Shown here in pieces: positions 37,546-52,025 of a stretch of DNA of 64,000 nucleotides (the first letter of the stretch is position 1; each line of letters begins with the position of its first letter). Made by a program: the position numbers and the translations under genes. The stretch comes from Euglena gracilis (lineage: Eukaryota): assembly GCA_039621445.1 (NCBI GenBank), contig CP154954.1, positions 49,021,847 to 49,085,846 of the forward strand. Direction: 5' to 3'. The notes beneath the pieces are model-generated. The model saw only the letters and a list, made by a program, of their open reading frames with translations, was not told the origin of the DNA and ran no database searches.

Positions 37546-39339
37546 CTGTACCAGGCTGCAGAGTGGGGGGGGGGGTGAGCACCACAGAGGCACAGCGCGG
37601 GATGGTCAACACCCTGGTGAGATGGCTGAAAGAAGAAATTACTTGAACCAAGGAAGAGGAAGGGGACAGACATTCAGCTGTACTTCAGAACAAATTCAAA
37701 GATTGTTTTGGAGTAGTCTGGGATCTTCCAAAGCATTCACCTGGGATGAATTTCCTCTGTTGCCAGGAACCCCCCGAGCGCTTGGCATGGGCTACGATTG
37801 AAGATAAAGCCAGGCTGGGCCAACCTTTGGGGGCCAAATTTGCATGTTAAGAATTTTGGCGCTCCATATGCGCAAAGAAAAAAAAACTCAAAAGCCTAAA
37901 AGTCAGGTGCCTAGATGCCTCCATCACGGTCCTTAAGGATTTTTTTTTAAAAAAACAAACTCCGCTGTCCAGCACATTCAGTGAAAAATACTACACCAAA
38001 ATGGACAAAGAAATTTGTCATTTTTCGGCAAGAATTGGTCGAAATCAGGAGGAAAAATTGATTACTCGCATCCTTGGACCACCGCCCATCCACCCAAAAC
38101 GTCAAAAATGTGTTTTTCACGTTTTTGATTCTCAACCCCGTTCAAACCCCAGTGCAGGTCTTGGCGGTCCCTTTGGCCCAAAGGGGGGGGGGGGCGGTCC
38201 TTAGGAAAAGGAGAAAAAAAACTGCCCCGAGGACCGTCCTGGCATCCATCCAATGGGCTTATCCAAACATGAAGTGGACGATGTTTGCTTAAGCCGCTGA
38301 ATTTGGAAATGTGCCTCAACATCTGGAATTGGCAAAATGCATTTTTAGTATTTCCCCCCGACCCATATGTTAAGCCCCTTTCATGAAACTTGGTCCCCGA
38401 AAAATGGCTTTCGGACCATTTCTCCCCTTCATGGGTCTTATAAGAAAGTCTGTAATGGTGTATTTTTTGGAAACCTCTTCTTCTGGTAAACTACCCCCAT
38501 TAGAATCCCCCCAGGTTTACACATGAGGTTTACATGAGAATGAATCCAACTTACTCCTAATGCTATTGAATTGTGTGGAATTAGAGGGGGCCAACTTCGG
38601 GGAGGGGGGGGGTCAAATTAGCCCAACAGCGGGGGGGTTGACGCACAAACCTCGGGGCTGACTGACCCAGGTTTATTCGACCAAATTCATTCGTTTGAGC
38701 TCGTTTGAGGAGGCTCGAGAGCCTCCAGCTCATTAGAGGAGGCTCCTCAAACCAACTCGAACATACTGTCGACTTTCGAAATAAAAAACATATTTCACCT
38801 AATTTCAAATCCCTTTTGTTGCTGATGCCGTTTGTGCGCAGCTGTCTGGAGCGCCTCAAAATAACAAAATCCCTTTTGTCAATTATGCCCAGTGTGCAAT
38901 TCCCCTTTGTTGTGCAAATCTCCTCGAGCTCATTCGAACTCGTTCGAGTCAACGTTGTTGGAGGTGGTTCGAGCAAGCTGTTTAAACCCCCCCTGAGAGG
39001 GGGGGGGGTGCTCAAAAAATGTTTGAGGCTCTGGCTTGAACGTTCGAGCTCAAGCCTCCTCTGATGGCAATCCCCGGGGTCCGGGAAGCTAGCAAAAAAG
39101 AGTTGAGGATTGAGGATTGACAATTTGTTGGGCTTTATCAGGGAGGTGCTTTGCTTGTGTTTGACTGGAAGAACAGTTAAACAAAGGCAAATGGAGGGCA
39201 GTGGTTAAGCCAAAACAGGGATGAGTGTTGCATCTTTGGTGCGGAGTGGCGTCGACCTGTCCAGCAAACGAGGGCCATCCTCACGTCACGTTGACGGGGG
39301 ACGCCCACTGGGAGGTTGGGAGGAGGCAAGGGTTGTGGT

Positions 39340-39520
39340 GGAGGTGGGGGCATCGACACCGTCACTGACACACCCCTGCCGCCGCAGCAGCGGGGGTGTG
39401 CCGTGAAGCCGGCAGCAGGGCCGGGGGGTTCCGCCGCCGCTGGAGGGCTCAGCGCCTCTCGGCAACGCCAAGGGCGTGGGAGGGGGTTGCCCGGAAGCAT
39501 GGCAACGATGAAAGCGTGTG
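39340..39520 (-). other. Conserved block of the tandem unit (possible first exon, MLPGNPLPRPWRCREAL...)
   Basis: Homologous to ~56268-56437 and more weakly to ~29400-29510; preceded on the minus strand by a pyrimidine-rich tract. Frame is not conserved between copies. Confidence 0.45.
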
Positions 39521-41010
39521 GGCAGGGGGGACGGGAAACAAGCAGAGAGGGGAGGGAAATGAAAACGGTTTTTCTGACACGAATTTTCCCACCCCCCAGG
39601 GGACCCGGGTGGTGGGTCCGGCAAACGCGTCCGCACCCCCTGGCGGGTGTAACCTTTCAACAATCCCTGTTTACGACATCACAGGACAGGAACAGCCATT
39701 ATCATCATCATCATCATTATCATCATCATCAGACGCCTTAATAATTCTTGAAAAAAAAATGTGTTAAAGAATGCCAAAATTTTTTTCCTTAAAGAACCTT
39801 AAAAAACCTTTAAAAAAAACCCTTAAAAAATCTCGTCCTGTAAACTGTTTCGAATTTTGAGCAAAAAAATAAAGTCGCAATGGTTGTCAGGCCCCCAGTA
39901 CCGGCCGACCTGTCAGGTGACAGTTTCCCACGGGTGGGGAGAGCGAGTGACCTTTGAAAAGGTGTCCTCTGATCGGGGCGGGGGGGGGGGGGGGGTTGTT
40001 TGACATAAGCGGGTCGCTGGACATAGGGGGGGGGTACGTATGGACACAGGGGGCATATGTGGATGCATACATACATGCATACTTCCTTTTTTTTGCGTCC
40101 TCCACCTTTGAGGGGAATCAAAACATTTACAAAACGGGAAACAGGAAACACTCAACCTCAACATCCCCTCCACCCCCTGGAGGATGGTCAACAACCAGTT
40201 TCTAAGATCTCATGCTAGCAGTGCATGCTGCAGCTGTTGTAGGATGAGGGGCATTGCAACCATGAGGAAAATGGGGATTAGAGGCGAGGCAGAGGCGGAT
40301 TGGACCAGCCTCCGAGACACAACCGTGGCTCTGCTGCTAACACCTTGGCAAAAGTTGAAACTTGTAAAACAGGTACCGGACGGAAAATCTTGGACAGCTT
40401 GACTCTGGGCAACCAGGGGATCCCCTTGGGGGGGGGGGGGGCATCCAGCTGGCTGGAAACACTGGTGCTGCTGGCTGGATAAACGGTACCCGGTTGGGTG
40501 GACCCCCCACAGGGTAGGGTCCCCTCTGGCTTAAGAATTTCCCAAGTTTTGCCAAAACCCATGGAACTGTCATCCACTAGCCACTGCCATCAAATTTACT
40601 TACCTTCACGGTTGGAAACCGTCTGGATCCCTTGACTTGCAGGTTGTGGTGCAAATGGTTTTCAATTCAGAAACAAAACCAGACAGCTTTTTTGGAGATC
40701 GACCCCAAATGCTGGAAACCGAAACCCTACTGCCCAACCGCACCAGCAGCAGCGCCGGACAGGGAAGGGGCAGCGCTGGAACCACCGGCTTAGGCTACAG
40801 CGGAACCAGCGCAGGCTGCCACCCAATGGGCACAACAGCCATATACAAATGGAATGAATTGGGGCCAGGGACGTTTGGGATAAGGGCGACCACCAGATGA
40901 GACTTAACCCCCACCCTGCCAGCTGACTGGAAAAAATAGCTGTTCAAATAACATGTCCCTTCCCTTCACGGAAAACAGCGGATAAGTGGTGTGCACAAAA
41001 AAAAACACTA

Positions 41011-42016
41011 CCTCCCCCCCCCCCTTTGTCCAACGACCACTAATGTTCGTCTCCGACCGGGGGGGGGGGGTCGTTAGACAAGGGGGGTAGGCCCCAGGTC
41101 GGCAATAAATTGGCCACATAGGGGGGGTATTTGGTCATTTTGGACAACTTTGGGCTATTTTCGGCATTTTTGGCGACTTCTGCCATTTTTTGGCCACTTT
41201 TGGCCATTGTTTGGCCACTCTTGGGATTATTTTGGGTCACTTTTGGCCATTTTTTGCCACGTTTGGTTTCATTTAGCCATTCTTGGCCACTTTTGGCCAT
41301 TTTTGGTTTCTTTAGCCATTTTTTTGACCACTTCTAGCCATTTTGGGCAACATTTGGCCACTTTTGGCAATTTTGGGCCACTTTTTGCCCCAAATTCAGA
41401 CCATTTTTGCCCATTTTTGCCCATTTTTGGCCAACTGGAATCAAATTTCAGCCGTTTGGAACAATCTCACACTTCCATAAACTTCAGTCATTTTGGGGTG
41501 ATGTGTTACCATTTTGGGGAGCTTTGGCCTTTTTTTGTGCCGTTTTGGCATTTTCTGCCATTTTAGGGTGGTAATCCCAAACAAATTGCAAAAAAAAGCA
41601 TCACTGGAACATGCAAACGCAACTAAACCGAAAATAAAATCACACAATTTTTTTCGCAGTACTGAACCAACATCGTATACAAAAAGATCGTCTCTGACCG
41701 GGGGGTCGTTAGCAGGCTTCTTTTTAAGACCCCCGGGGGGGGAGGGGGGGGTCCCCCCCCACCCACCCAGGGGGCGCGGGACCCCCCCCGGGGGGGGGGG
41801 GCGGGGACCCCCCAAAATCGGGCCCGCTAAAGGCAATTTTCAAAAATTTTCGCGCCGAAAAGGTATACCCGGCGCCTCCGGCGCGGGACCCCCCCCCCCG
41901 GGGGGTCCGGCCTGGACCCACCCACCCCCCCTCCCCCGGGGGGGGGGGGGGTCAGGTGACTTAAAAAGAAGCCTGGTCGTTAGACAAGCCCGGTCGTTGG
42001 ACAAGGGGGGGGGAGG
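41011..42016. mobile_element. TA-flanked element hosting a nested hAT MITE
   Basis: TA|CCTC(n)TTTGTCCAACGACC ... GGTCGTTGGACAAG(n)AGG|TA; uninterrupted right end at 48637-48702. Confidence 0.8.
41713..41975. mobile_element. hAT-type MITE
   Basis: TIR CAGGCTTCTTTTTAAG; perfect 8-bp TSD GTCGTTAG; the empty-site homologue at ~48660 has a single GTCGTTGG. Confidence 0.95.
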
Positions 42017-42550
42017 TATGCATCGGAAATGAATGATGAATGCGTTCTTTTTTGAGATTTTCAGCAAAAATAATAATAACAGCATTCAAAGCCAAAATTG
42101 CTTGGTATGGTTCGGATGGCTTGGTATTAGTATGGTTATTATGGTTATTATAAGAAAGGTGGGGAAAAAGGATCCACCTCCCATGTTGTTCAATGACCAC
42201 TAATATTCATCTCTGACTGGAGGGGTGTTGGACATGAGGGACAACAGAAAACTGGCCACTCGTGGGGATATATGACCATTTTTGCAGGGGACGATGCACA
42301 ACACCCCTCAAAATCTGCAATGCAGGTTCTCGGGCATGACAGTTTCCGGGGGGCGGGGGGGGTAGGGCCCCCGGACTGGTGCATATTTTTGCTGAAGAGG
42401 ACTTTTTCAACTCCTCCTTGGAAGAAAATGTGGTGCAAACTTGAAAATGACATGGTTGGTGGCCCAGAGCATACAATTTTTTACCGACCCCGGGGGGGGG
42501 GCGGGGGAGGGGGGGTCACTCCACTTTTTGAAAAACCAGTCAGTCACTAC

Positions 42551-43286
42551 CAGGCTTTTGCTTAAGGACCCCGGGGGGGGGGGGGTACTCGCTAGCCAAT
42601 CGGCTAGACACTGGAAAAAATGGACTAGCTAGACCCCCCTCCCCCCCCGGGGGGGTCCGGGGGTCCCCCAACTGGAAAAAAAAATTTCCTCCGGGGCTAT
42701 GCGCCGAGGTGGAAATGAGGTTTTTAATAGGTTTTTGGCTGATTTTGTTCCAAAATTTCCCAAATTGGCCAAAAACGGGCATTTTTGGCCATTTTTGGGG
42801 GTCCCAAAAATTTTTTCTGGCGCAGGTCCATGCTTGTGCTTACCAACCGGGGGGGGAGGGGGGGGGTGCTATAGGGTGCCTGCCCCTAGCAGGCACAACC
42901 CCCCCCCGGGGGGATAGGGGTCCGGGCCGGACCCAGAAAATTTTCATTGAAAATGGCCTTTTCCGGGCCCCCGGCGCCTTCGGCGCCGGGGTCGGAGGGG
43001 GGTGCCTGCTAGGGGTAGGCACCCCCCAAAACCTTACCACCCCCAGGGGGGGGGACGGATCGGGTGCTATGGGGTGCCTGCCCGTAGCACCCACCCCCCC
43101 CCCCGTGGGGTAGGCACCCGACTAAGCACAAGCCTGCGCCGGTCACTGGAAAAAAAATTCCACTAGCTAGCCCTGCTAGCAGACCCCCTGGGGGGGTCTG
43201 CTAGAAATCCCACTAGTCAAATTGGGACTAGCTGCAGTCCAGCCCCCCCCCACCCGGGGTACTGCAATCCCTTAAGCAAAAGCCTG
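42551..43286. mobile_element. hAT-type MITE
   Basis: TIR CAGGCTTTTGCTTAAGG; perfect 8-bp TSD GTCACTAC; relative at ~58400-58677. Confidence 0.93.
42829..43136. mobile_element. hAT-type MITE nested in 42551-43286
   Basis: TIR CA(T/G)GCTTGTGCTTA; TSD CGCAGGTC / CGCCGGTC; empty site CGCCGGTCACT at ~58594. Confidence 0.88.
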
Positions 43287-43664
43287 GTCACTACCCCCCA
43301 AGGGGGGGGGTCGGTCACTCTGGAATCCAAAGGAAATTTGACAAAAAAAAGCCAAAAAACTTTTTCCGGTGCCTTTGGCGCCGCGTCACTTCAGTGATTT
43401 TTTGCCGACCCCCCCCCCCGGGGGGTCCGGGCCAAAAACCAGTCACTCCAAAAAAACCAGTCACCCCCGGGGGGGGGGGTCGGCCAGTGCTTAAAAAATT
43501 GTCATGATTGTATGTCATGATGCAACTGCTGTCACTGTAAAATGCAATTTCCAGTTGTGTATTGTGAAGCAATCTGCCAGTGCAGTTGCCTTATAAAAGA
43601 AATACAAAAATGCAGTTTATGTTGCAAAATTTTCAGAATGCAGAACCTGCAAAAAAAGTATGCA

Positions 43665-43735
43665 AATGATAATGATAATGATAATGATAATGATAATGAT
43701 AATGATAATGATAATGATGACAACAATGACGACGA
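43665..43735. repeat. (GATAAT)n microsatellite
   Basis: Direct inspection. Confidence 0.9.
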
Positions 43736-44774
43736 CATAGCTGGCTTTTTTTTGTTTTTTTTAAAAAAAACGTTTTTTTTTTGTTTTTTATTAAAAAAAA
43801 CGGGAAAAAAAACGGCAAAAAAAACAAAAGGGAAAATGATGGTCAAATTTTGCCTTTAATCGCAAGGGTGAACCAATCTTAGCTCAAATGACTTGAAAAC
43901 CAATACTTTTGGTTGTCTTCAACAAGAATGGTCAAAATAGGGCATTTTTCTGCCATTTTGGGATGTTTCAACTTGAAACATCCCAAATTTGGTGTCTTTC
44001 TCTGACTGAGGATGGGCAAAAAAAGCTAAAATCAAAGACAAAAAAATTTTTGCCCTGGACCCTCAATGGCGTTTTTTTGTTTTTTTTAAAAAAAACATGT
44101 TTTTTTTTTAAAAAAACGTGTTTTTTTTGACTTCGTTTTAAACGAAGTGCCAGCTGTGGACGACGATGACGACAATAACAACAACAACAACAACAACAAT
44201 AATATAAATAATATAATATTATTATTAATTTTGATAATAATATATAATTAATTATAATATATATATAATTATAACATAATAATATTATTATTAATTAAGG
44301 AATTCAGATAGTGGCAGATAACGGCAGGCAGTGGAAGACAGTGGCAGACAGTGGCAGATAGTGGCATATGTCCTCACCCCCCCACCCGGGCTCCTTCAGA
44401 CCCCCAATTACTCAACTGGGGGGGAGGACCTCATCCCTAATGTTTTACCTGTGCAAAATTGGTCAAATTTTTGTGCATTCTTGGATTGGGCATGACTTTT
44501 TTTTATCTGAGAAATTTTGAAAATGTTGAAACGGACGTTTTTGGAGGATTTCTGAGCCTTCGTCTCGGTCTTGTCAAAATTGGCCGGTCTTGTCTCGGGG
44601 CCAATTAGCCAATTGGGGGGGGGGGGTCAAACAGGGGGTGTGAGGGTAGTGGCGGGCTAATGAGGACATTGCAAAATGTGAAAAAACTTTCTCCGTCAGA
44701 AAATCGAAAAAAAAATCGACAAACCATGCAATTTGAAGATGAAACCGCCAAGAAACACATTGGCTACCTGTCGT

Positions 44775-45959
44775 CAAGCACCTATGACAGATTCCAAATT
44801 TTATCCCGCGGTCGGCTGCGGTCGGCCGCGGTCGGCTGCGGTCGGCAGCGGTCGGCAAAATAGTTGGCTGTAGGTGGGGGGCAAGCCAACAAAAAATGAG
44901 CATATATCACAATCACACAATCCACTGTTGCCGACTTTTGGCCACTGTTCGCTGCTTTTGGCCAGTTTTTGATGCTTTTGGACTGCTTTTGGCCACCGTT
45001 GCCGACTTTTGGTCGATTTTTGCTGCCTTTGCCCATTATTTCCTGCCTTTTGCTTTCTTTTGGTCACTTTTGTTGCTTTTGCCCACTTTTTGCTGTGTTT
45101 TGGCTGCTTTTGGCCAGCTTTTGCTTTGCTTCGACCTCTTTTGACCATTTTTGGCCTCTTTAACCCACTTTTGACCACTTTTCTCTGCTTTTGGCCATTT
45201 TTACCCACTTCTGGCCACTTTCAGGCCACTTTAAGCGTCTTTTGTTGCTTTTGACATCAAGAAGACTAAAAATGGCCTAAAAGTGGCAAAACATGGTTAA
45301 AATGGCCAAAAGTTCCAAAAGCAGGCAAAAATAACAAAAAAAAAGCCCAAAAATGGCCCAAAATGACCCTGCTTTTGGCCGATTTGGGTCACTTCAGCAG
45401 CTTTTGTTCACGTTTGGCAACAAACTGGCGCAAAATGCTCAAAATGGTCAAAATTGGACCAAAAAGAGACCAAAAAATGGGCAAAAATAACAAAAGAAAA
45501 GGTCAAAAGTGGCTTTAAATGGTCAAAAATGGCCCTAAATGGCCCCAAAATGGCCCAAGAGCAGGACAAAATGGCCCAAAATTACAAAGAAGTGGGCAAA
45601 AAGTGGCCAAAAAAAGTCAAAATAGGTCAAAATGGGTGAATTATGATGACAAATGGGCCAAAATGGGGACAAAAGCGACCAAAAATGGCCAAAAAATGGC
45701 CAAAAGTGGCCAAAAGTGGCGACATGAGCCAGATGAGCCAGAAAAACCTCAACATCTGGGATAAAAATGAGCCTAATTCCTCATTCTCACTGAAAAATTG
45801 ACATCAATCAGAAAAAAAGTTGCGCGGTCGGCTGCGGTCGGCTGCGGTTGGCTGCGGTCGGCACCCCACCAGTGACAGTCCTGAAACCCGCGGTCGGCCG
45901 CGGTCGGCTGCAGTCGGCTGCGGTCGGCTGCGGTTGGCTGCGGTCGGCATAGGTGCCTG
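44775..45959. mobile_element. hAT-type non-autonomous element, family A, copy 2
   Basis: Same TIR as 21397-22618; a different perfect 8-bp TSD CCTGTCGT. Confidence 0.95.
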
Positions 45960-46475
45960 CCTGTCGTCTAAAAAAATAACAACTGGCTGCTGTTGCTTAA
46001 AGAGATTGCTGTTCTTTCACTCCCACCTTCCAACACCACCCTGCATGCAACCCTGAGGTTGGCCAACTGGAGGAGACCAGAAGAGAAGGAATACCAAGCT
46101 GTGAGGCCAGTTGAAATGGACTGACGCCAATGAGTTCTTGTGCTGTACAAATGTGATCGCAAAATTTTGCAAACACAAAGGCGAAATTACACCAGGGCCA
46201 CCCACATACAAATAAACACACTTATTAGGAGTGCCACATCGATTGCGTCGAGGACCAACTTCCGCACACACGAGGCGATTGACAACTGCTAAATTTCTGA
46301 GAAGACTTATGCGGCTTTGGAGCTGTTTTTGTTGGGACGAGGCACTTCCATGTGAGCATGGCATCGAAACAGTACATTGCAGGCAGGCAAACAGGGGCGA
46401 ATCCATCACACCGGCCCAGCCAACAATGGCGTCGGTCCCTGGGGCACGGCATTCCTCCGGTTGTTAGCAGGCCGC

Positions 46476-46610
46476 CACGTTCAGGGCCCGCAGCATGTCC
46501 AGCAGGGGTTGGGGGTCCTCCAGTTCGACGGAGGGGAAGGGGTCTGCGGGGGACGGCAGGGCGCAGCCCCGGAGGGCGTGGCGGGCTTGGCGGCAGCGGC
46601 CCCGGTGACC
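46476..46610 (-). CDS. Paralogue B, uninterrupted LLDMLRALNV exon
   Basis: GHRGRCRQARHALRGCALPSPADPFPSVELEDPQPLLDMLRALNV. Confidence 0.8.
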
Positions 46611-49600
46611 ATGGGGGGATTGGGGGGGGGGGGTCTGGGGTACGTTGGGGACGGCTGCTTCGCGGATTTCCGCGGGAACCTCGCAAGAGCATCGGGTCGA
46701 GTTGGAATTAATAGGAATGTTTGGGTGCGCCGGGAAAAATGGTTTAACATTTGCCTTGAGCCAATCAAACCCACCTCCCCGCCGCCAGTGCAGACCTTTG
46801 TTTCAGGCCAAAGGGGGCGGCTGGGCTGGAGAGGTCGGCTTCCAGCGCCGCCAACGCCACCGGGGTCGGAGGGTCGCTTTCCGGTTGTGGCGGGCCGGAA
46901 GGCGGGGTACCCGGGGTGTCCCGCTGGCCAGCGGAGGTGGCGCCGGGTGATTCCCAGAGGTCCGTCACGTTGGATGTTGTCCGCCGGCTGAAGGGAAAAG
47001 TGTGGGCCGGACGTGGCCAGGCATTGACTGACGAATTGCAGGCCCCCGCGGATGTCGGTGGAAAGACCCTGCCTATTATCAATAACACAAATGCTCTGAT
47101 TTTATGACCAAAAATGCCCTCAAACGCCAGAAAACGCCTTGAGAGAAATCTTAAAAAGGTCATTCTGAGAGAATTTTTCAAACAAAAATGGAAAGGCATG
47201 CCCGAAAGATCTCCCATGAAGAAGGGAGGGTCGGGAGGTCGACCCCCTCAACGTTCTTTCAATGGGCTGTGCATGGGCTTTGCAATCGCTTGAAAAATAT
47301 TCTTTTCAATGAGGACTACCTCGTTTTTTTTCTCTTTTCTGTCTCTCACACGTGGGGATTATTTTTAAGACAGGGGGAGGTGGACCCACTGCTTGGAGGT
47401 CAATTTCGGGCATTGCACCGGAAAAAAGGCCAAAAACCCAAAAATGGGCAAAACCCTGCCTCCGGCTGGGGACCCACCATGCTTTCAGGGGTGCCCCTGA
47501 AAGCATGGGGGCGGACCCACCCCCTCCCTCCCTTTTAACCGGGGTCCAAAAAAAAAATACCTGGTCCTGAGTCAGTCACAGGGCTGTTCGGGAAATCTGG
47601 TGGTGGTGGTGGGGGGGACCACACCCGGGGTCTCCTGGGGTGGTCGGCCATTCTAAAATCCAACCCATTTCCAGCGGATAAATTTTTTCCCATTTGGGGG
47701 GGACACTCTACCCCCCCCCCCGGAAACTGTCACCTGACAGGTTGGTCAGTACCGGGGACCCTGACAGTTTCCCGGGCGGGACCCTGACAGGTTCTCGGGC
47801 ATTACAATTTCCCCCGGGGGGGGGGGGTAGGAGGTCTAGCTAATGGCATTTTTCTAGCTACCCGCCCCCCCCCCCCTTGTCGTACGACCGGGTTCCTGTA
47901 ACCTGTGACGGGGGGGGGGGGTCGTAACACCCCCATGACCTGCAACCTGTGACCGGGGGGGTGGTCGTAAATGAGGGGGCAGTCGTAGGTAAGCTGGTGT
48001 TAAATTTTTCGCACCTGCAACCTGTGACCAGGGGGGGTGGTCATAACACCCCCATAACCTGCAACCTGTGGCTGGGGGGTGGTCGTAAATGAGGGGTGGT
48101 CGTACGACAAGGGGTTTCCCCCCAGGCCAGCACAACCCACAAACCCTGAATCCCCCCACTGTTTCTCATTGGCTGATGAGTTGGCTCCAGAACATACAAT
48201 TTTTTTACCGACCCGGGGGGGGGGGGTCACTCCACTTTTTAAAAACCAGTCAGTCACTCATTTTCGGAAAACCAGCCAGTCACTACCCCCCCCCCCGCCG
48301 CCAGGGGCTGACTGGTTTTTGGCCCGGACCCCCTCCCCCCCCCCCGGGGGGTCCACCAGGGGTGGGCAAAAATGGCTTGAGTGACCCTGCCGCCGAAGGC
48401 GCCGGAAAATTTTTTGGCCTAAACTGGCCTAAAGTGACTGAAAAGTGGCCACATATTATATCAGAGGTGCTTGCCCACAACGACACCTTCTGCAAGGTCA
48501 CCATCCGAGCGACGATAGAGAACACAACAACCCACTGGGTAGTGGTTCATCACAGAAGTCAGAGAAGCTGCAAAGAACAAAATCAAAAGAAAGAACATTA
48601 TCAAGTCTCACTTCCCCAAGATCGTATACGAAAAGATCGTCTCTGACCGGGGGGGGGGGGTCGTTGGACAAGCCCGGTCGTTGGACAAGGGGGGGGGAGG
48701 TAAGGAAAAAAATACCAGTGACCCGCAAAACCTGCCAAAACCGCCCATTTTTGGCAATATGGGAGGGGGGCTGCAGTTTCAGAACAAATTAACACCCAAA
48801 AAACACAGGGTAATACCCAATGAAAAAGGGAAAATAGACTAGAACCGTGAAAATGTTGCCCAAATTTTTTTCACAGCCTTCGCCATTGCCCTATTTTAGT
48901 GATTTTTTGCCAACCCCCCCCCCCCAGGGCCAAAACCCAATCAGTATTTTTGGTCCTATTTTGGGTTTTTGGCTGGGGGTGGGGGGGGGGGGGCTGAGTA
49001 ACTCACTAACCCATTGCCAAACCTCCCAAAAAAAAATAGCCTGGGTTGGGTTTGGATGATCCGCAGATTCATGTTCGACACGCCACAGGCGACACATGGG
49101 ACGAGAACTGTGAGGGGCTCTCGTCAATTCCTGGCTGGCGCGGCGATGAGAATGTTGCCAGATCGGCTGGGGTGGGCCCCCACAGGGGCGTCCCGGGGGC
49201 GTCAGGGGCAGGGGCAGGGGCGGGGCAGGGTGGCCGCTCTGGAGGGGCTGCCGGGCTCGGGCACACTCCGCTGCTCGGTGGAGGAGGGGGATCCCCCAAA
49301 AAATTCGTGGTTCACTTGTGGACACCAAAAGAAAAGTTGTGGTTCATTTGTGGACACCAAATCTTTGTTAGAAGTTTTTTGCGCAATTGTGCCAATTCTG
49401 AAAATATTTTTTGCACTCCATTTTGCGCTCCTAAAAACGAAAATCACCCTTTTGGGCGCCTTCAAAAACCTGGACTCCAGAGCTTTCACGGAACAAGAGA
49501 AATTTTTTGGTGTTTTCAGTGAACCACAAAATGGCAACCTTGGTGGACTACACTAAATGAATATCTGACCTGGACTGACGTTGTCTCTGCGACCGCCAAT

Positions 49601-51872
49601 GGAAAATGGACGCCTTAAAACTTTTTCAAAAAGTTTAAAAAAACCCTTAAAAACCGGTAAAGATTTTCAGAATTTTTGCCTTAAAAAAAATGCCGGGGCC
49701 TCCCTCCCCACCCAGCCCTGGGGGGTGAGTGTTGGCATTTCCCGAAATACCTCTTCCTTGCAATCCACATTGGCCCCGGACCCATGCACCCTCCCCAGGG
49801 AGTCTTCCGAGTCAAAGAGACGCCTAATCCCCCCGTCTAAGAAACAGAAAAGACGGGTAAGAACAGGGGGTGCTTGGAAAGGGGGTTGGTGAGTTCCATA
49901 GAAATGGTGCTGAGACAGGGGGTGGACTTGTCCGATGTGACCCACCCAGTTGTGACCCAGGCCCCAGTTGTGATGCTGTACCCTGCCAGAGGGAAAAAGG
50001 TTCGCGAATGCCACCCAATGGCTGGCCGAAAGACGGCAGCGGAGCGGTAGGCGCTGATTGGACAGGTTTCGTGATGATGTACCGGGCAGGGGCCCCCAAG
50101 CATGGGGGGTGGGTGGGCAGGGGGGGAGGGGGCGGGGGCAATGGCAACCGCCTCCCCCAGCCTCCGCTTCTCCGCTTCGACACCTTAAATGGTCCAAAAC
50201 TGGGGCCTTTGTCATGAACTGCAACTGCAGTGCAGATCATCTCGCTCCCCTCCCCAGACTAGTTCGGCACATACCCCCCCCCCCGGGTGCTTGGCATTGA
50301 AGGTAAGGCCAGGGGCCAAGTTTGCACGTTAAGCACCTTGGCAGCTTCTTTGTGAAAAAGGTCAAAGGCCAACTTTAAGGGGGGGGGCAAGTTTGCACGT
50401 AAGGGCCAAGAGGCCTGGGAGGGGGGGGTTGGAAGGTTCTCACAGGTCTGACCTCAGCATTGAAAGTTTGCTGAGACAGAGAGGGATTAGTGGTTAACCG
50501 TAGTCGGGGGTCAAATCCTTATCAATACTCATCAGTAAGTACCTGTATCGGTAGTTATCTGTGGTTGCTGACTGGGAATATCCATCCAGAAATGGCTGCA
50601 ACTAATGGGAACAGAAAGATTGATCATTTATGTTGCCTCAGAGATCCCGAGAATGAGGAAAATGAGGGGAAAAAATGCCAAAGGCAACCAGAAGTAGCCA
50701 AAAGTAACCAGAGGTCTCCAGAAATGGTCAAAAGCAGCCAAAACAGCCAGAAAGAGCCAGAACTGGCACACATGGGCCAAAAAAAAAACATGGCAAAAAA
50801 ACAGTCGGAAAAAGCCAAAAAAAATGACCAAAAGTGGCAAAAGGTGGATAAAGGTGCCCAAAAGATGCCAAAAGCACCCAAAAAGCAGCCAAAAACAGTT
50901 GAAACTAGACAAGGCAGCCCGAAACAGCACAAAAAGGAGCTAAAACTGGCAGAAGTGGCCTGAAGTGGGCAAAAAAATGCGTAAAGTTGGCGAAATTTTT
51001 TATTTGGGGGGAGGTCAGACATCTGGACCCAGCAGGGATTTGTGCATATTCTGAAATAGATAACTGCAGACAACTGACAAAAGACAACAGACAACCACAG
51101 ATGAATGCGGATAACTATGCATAACTACAGATAACTGTGATAAGCCAGAAATTTTGGCCAGTGAGGATGAGCTCATGAGCTCATGAGTCATGAAGCTCAC
51201 CTATTTTTGGTCACGCCTCTTTGGGTCCGTTGCTGAAAGTCCCGAGGGGGGGTTCTTATTTTTGGGGACGTACATTTTTGCATCTTTGCAGTATGCTTTG
51301 GCCGGAAAAAGCCTTCCTGCGGAAGGCTCCGAAAGTGGGTTCAAAAAAGGACGATTTTTGTCAATGAGCAAAAAAAAAACTGTTTCAAAACTGGCAAAAT
51401 GGGAAATTCAGGGTGAACTGAGTGCAACCGTGAACAATACACTATTACAATTTTTTTTAAAAAATGGTGAAATGGTGCAAAATCTGGCCCAATGCCAGAA
51501 GCAATTGCTGAGTGTGGAAATGGAACGGCAGTTAGATGAAAACACGAAGAAAGTGGAGGATGGAGGTTTTCAGGGGTTGAGGAAAACCGAGAGGGAATTT
51601 TCTCAGCTGTCGTTTTTGGAAAAATCTGTAGGAGAAATGAACGTGGCGGTACAGCAAATGGGGGAGAAGGAAAAACAGCCGGAGATTGCTGTTAATCAGG
51701 TCAAAAGGTGCAGGTTAAAGGTTAAAAGGTCAAAAGTGCAGCTGTTTTTCCACCCAATGAACCCAACATTGCTCTATGCGGCAGAAAAATAGAGGAGTCT
51801 AAACCAGGCACGCATATACTCACTCGTCAAAACTAACAAGTGGGGAGGCCTCTCTGCCCAGCACGACGGGGG

Positions 51873-52025
51873 CCCCTGGCCGGGGTGCAGCTTGCTGCAC
51901 TTCCCGCCGAACTTGCACTGCCCCGTCATGGCCCACACCTCACACACCTGCCGGCCGGCCTGGGCCTGCACCGCCCCGGACAGCTGCCGGTAGTCCGAGA
52001 GGTCCGGGTGGGGGAACCGGCACCG
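51873..52025 (-). CDS. Paralogue B, exon with end of zinc finger 1 and all of zinc finger 2 (uninterrupted)
   Basis: Same translation as 36474-36626. Confidence 0.92.

Noticed and set aside
51190-51792. 200-aa coiled-coil-like ORF
   Set aside because: No recognisable domain, single copy, antisense within the inferred paralogue B span; cannot be supported.
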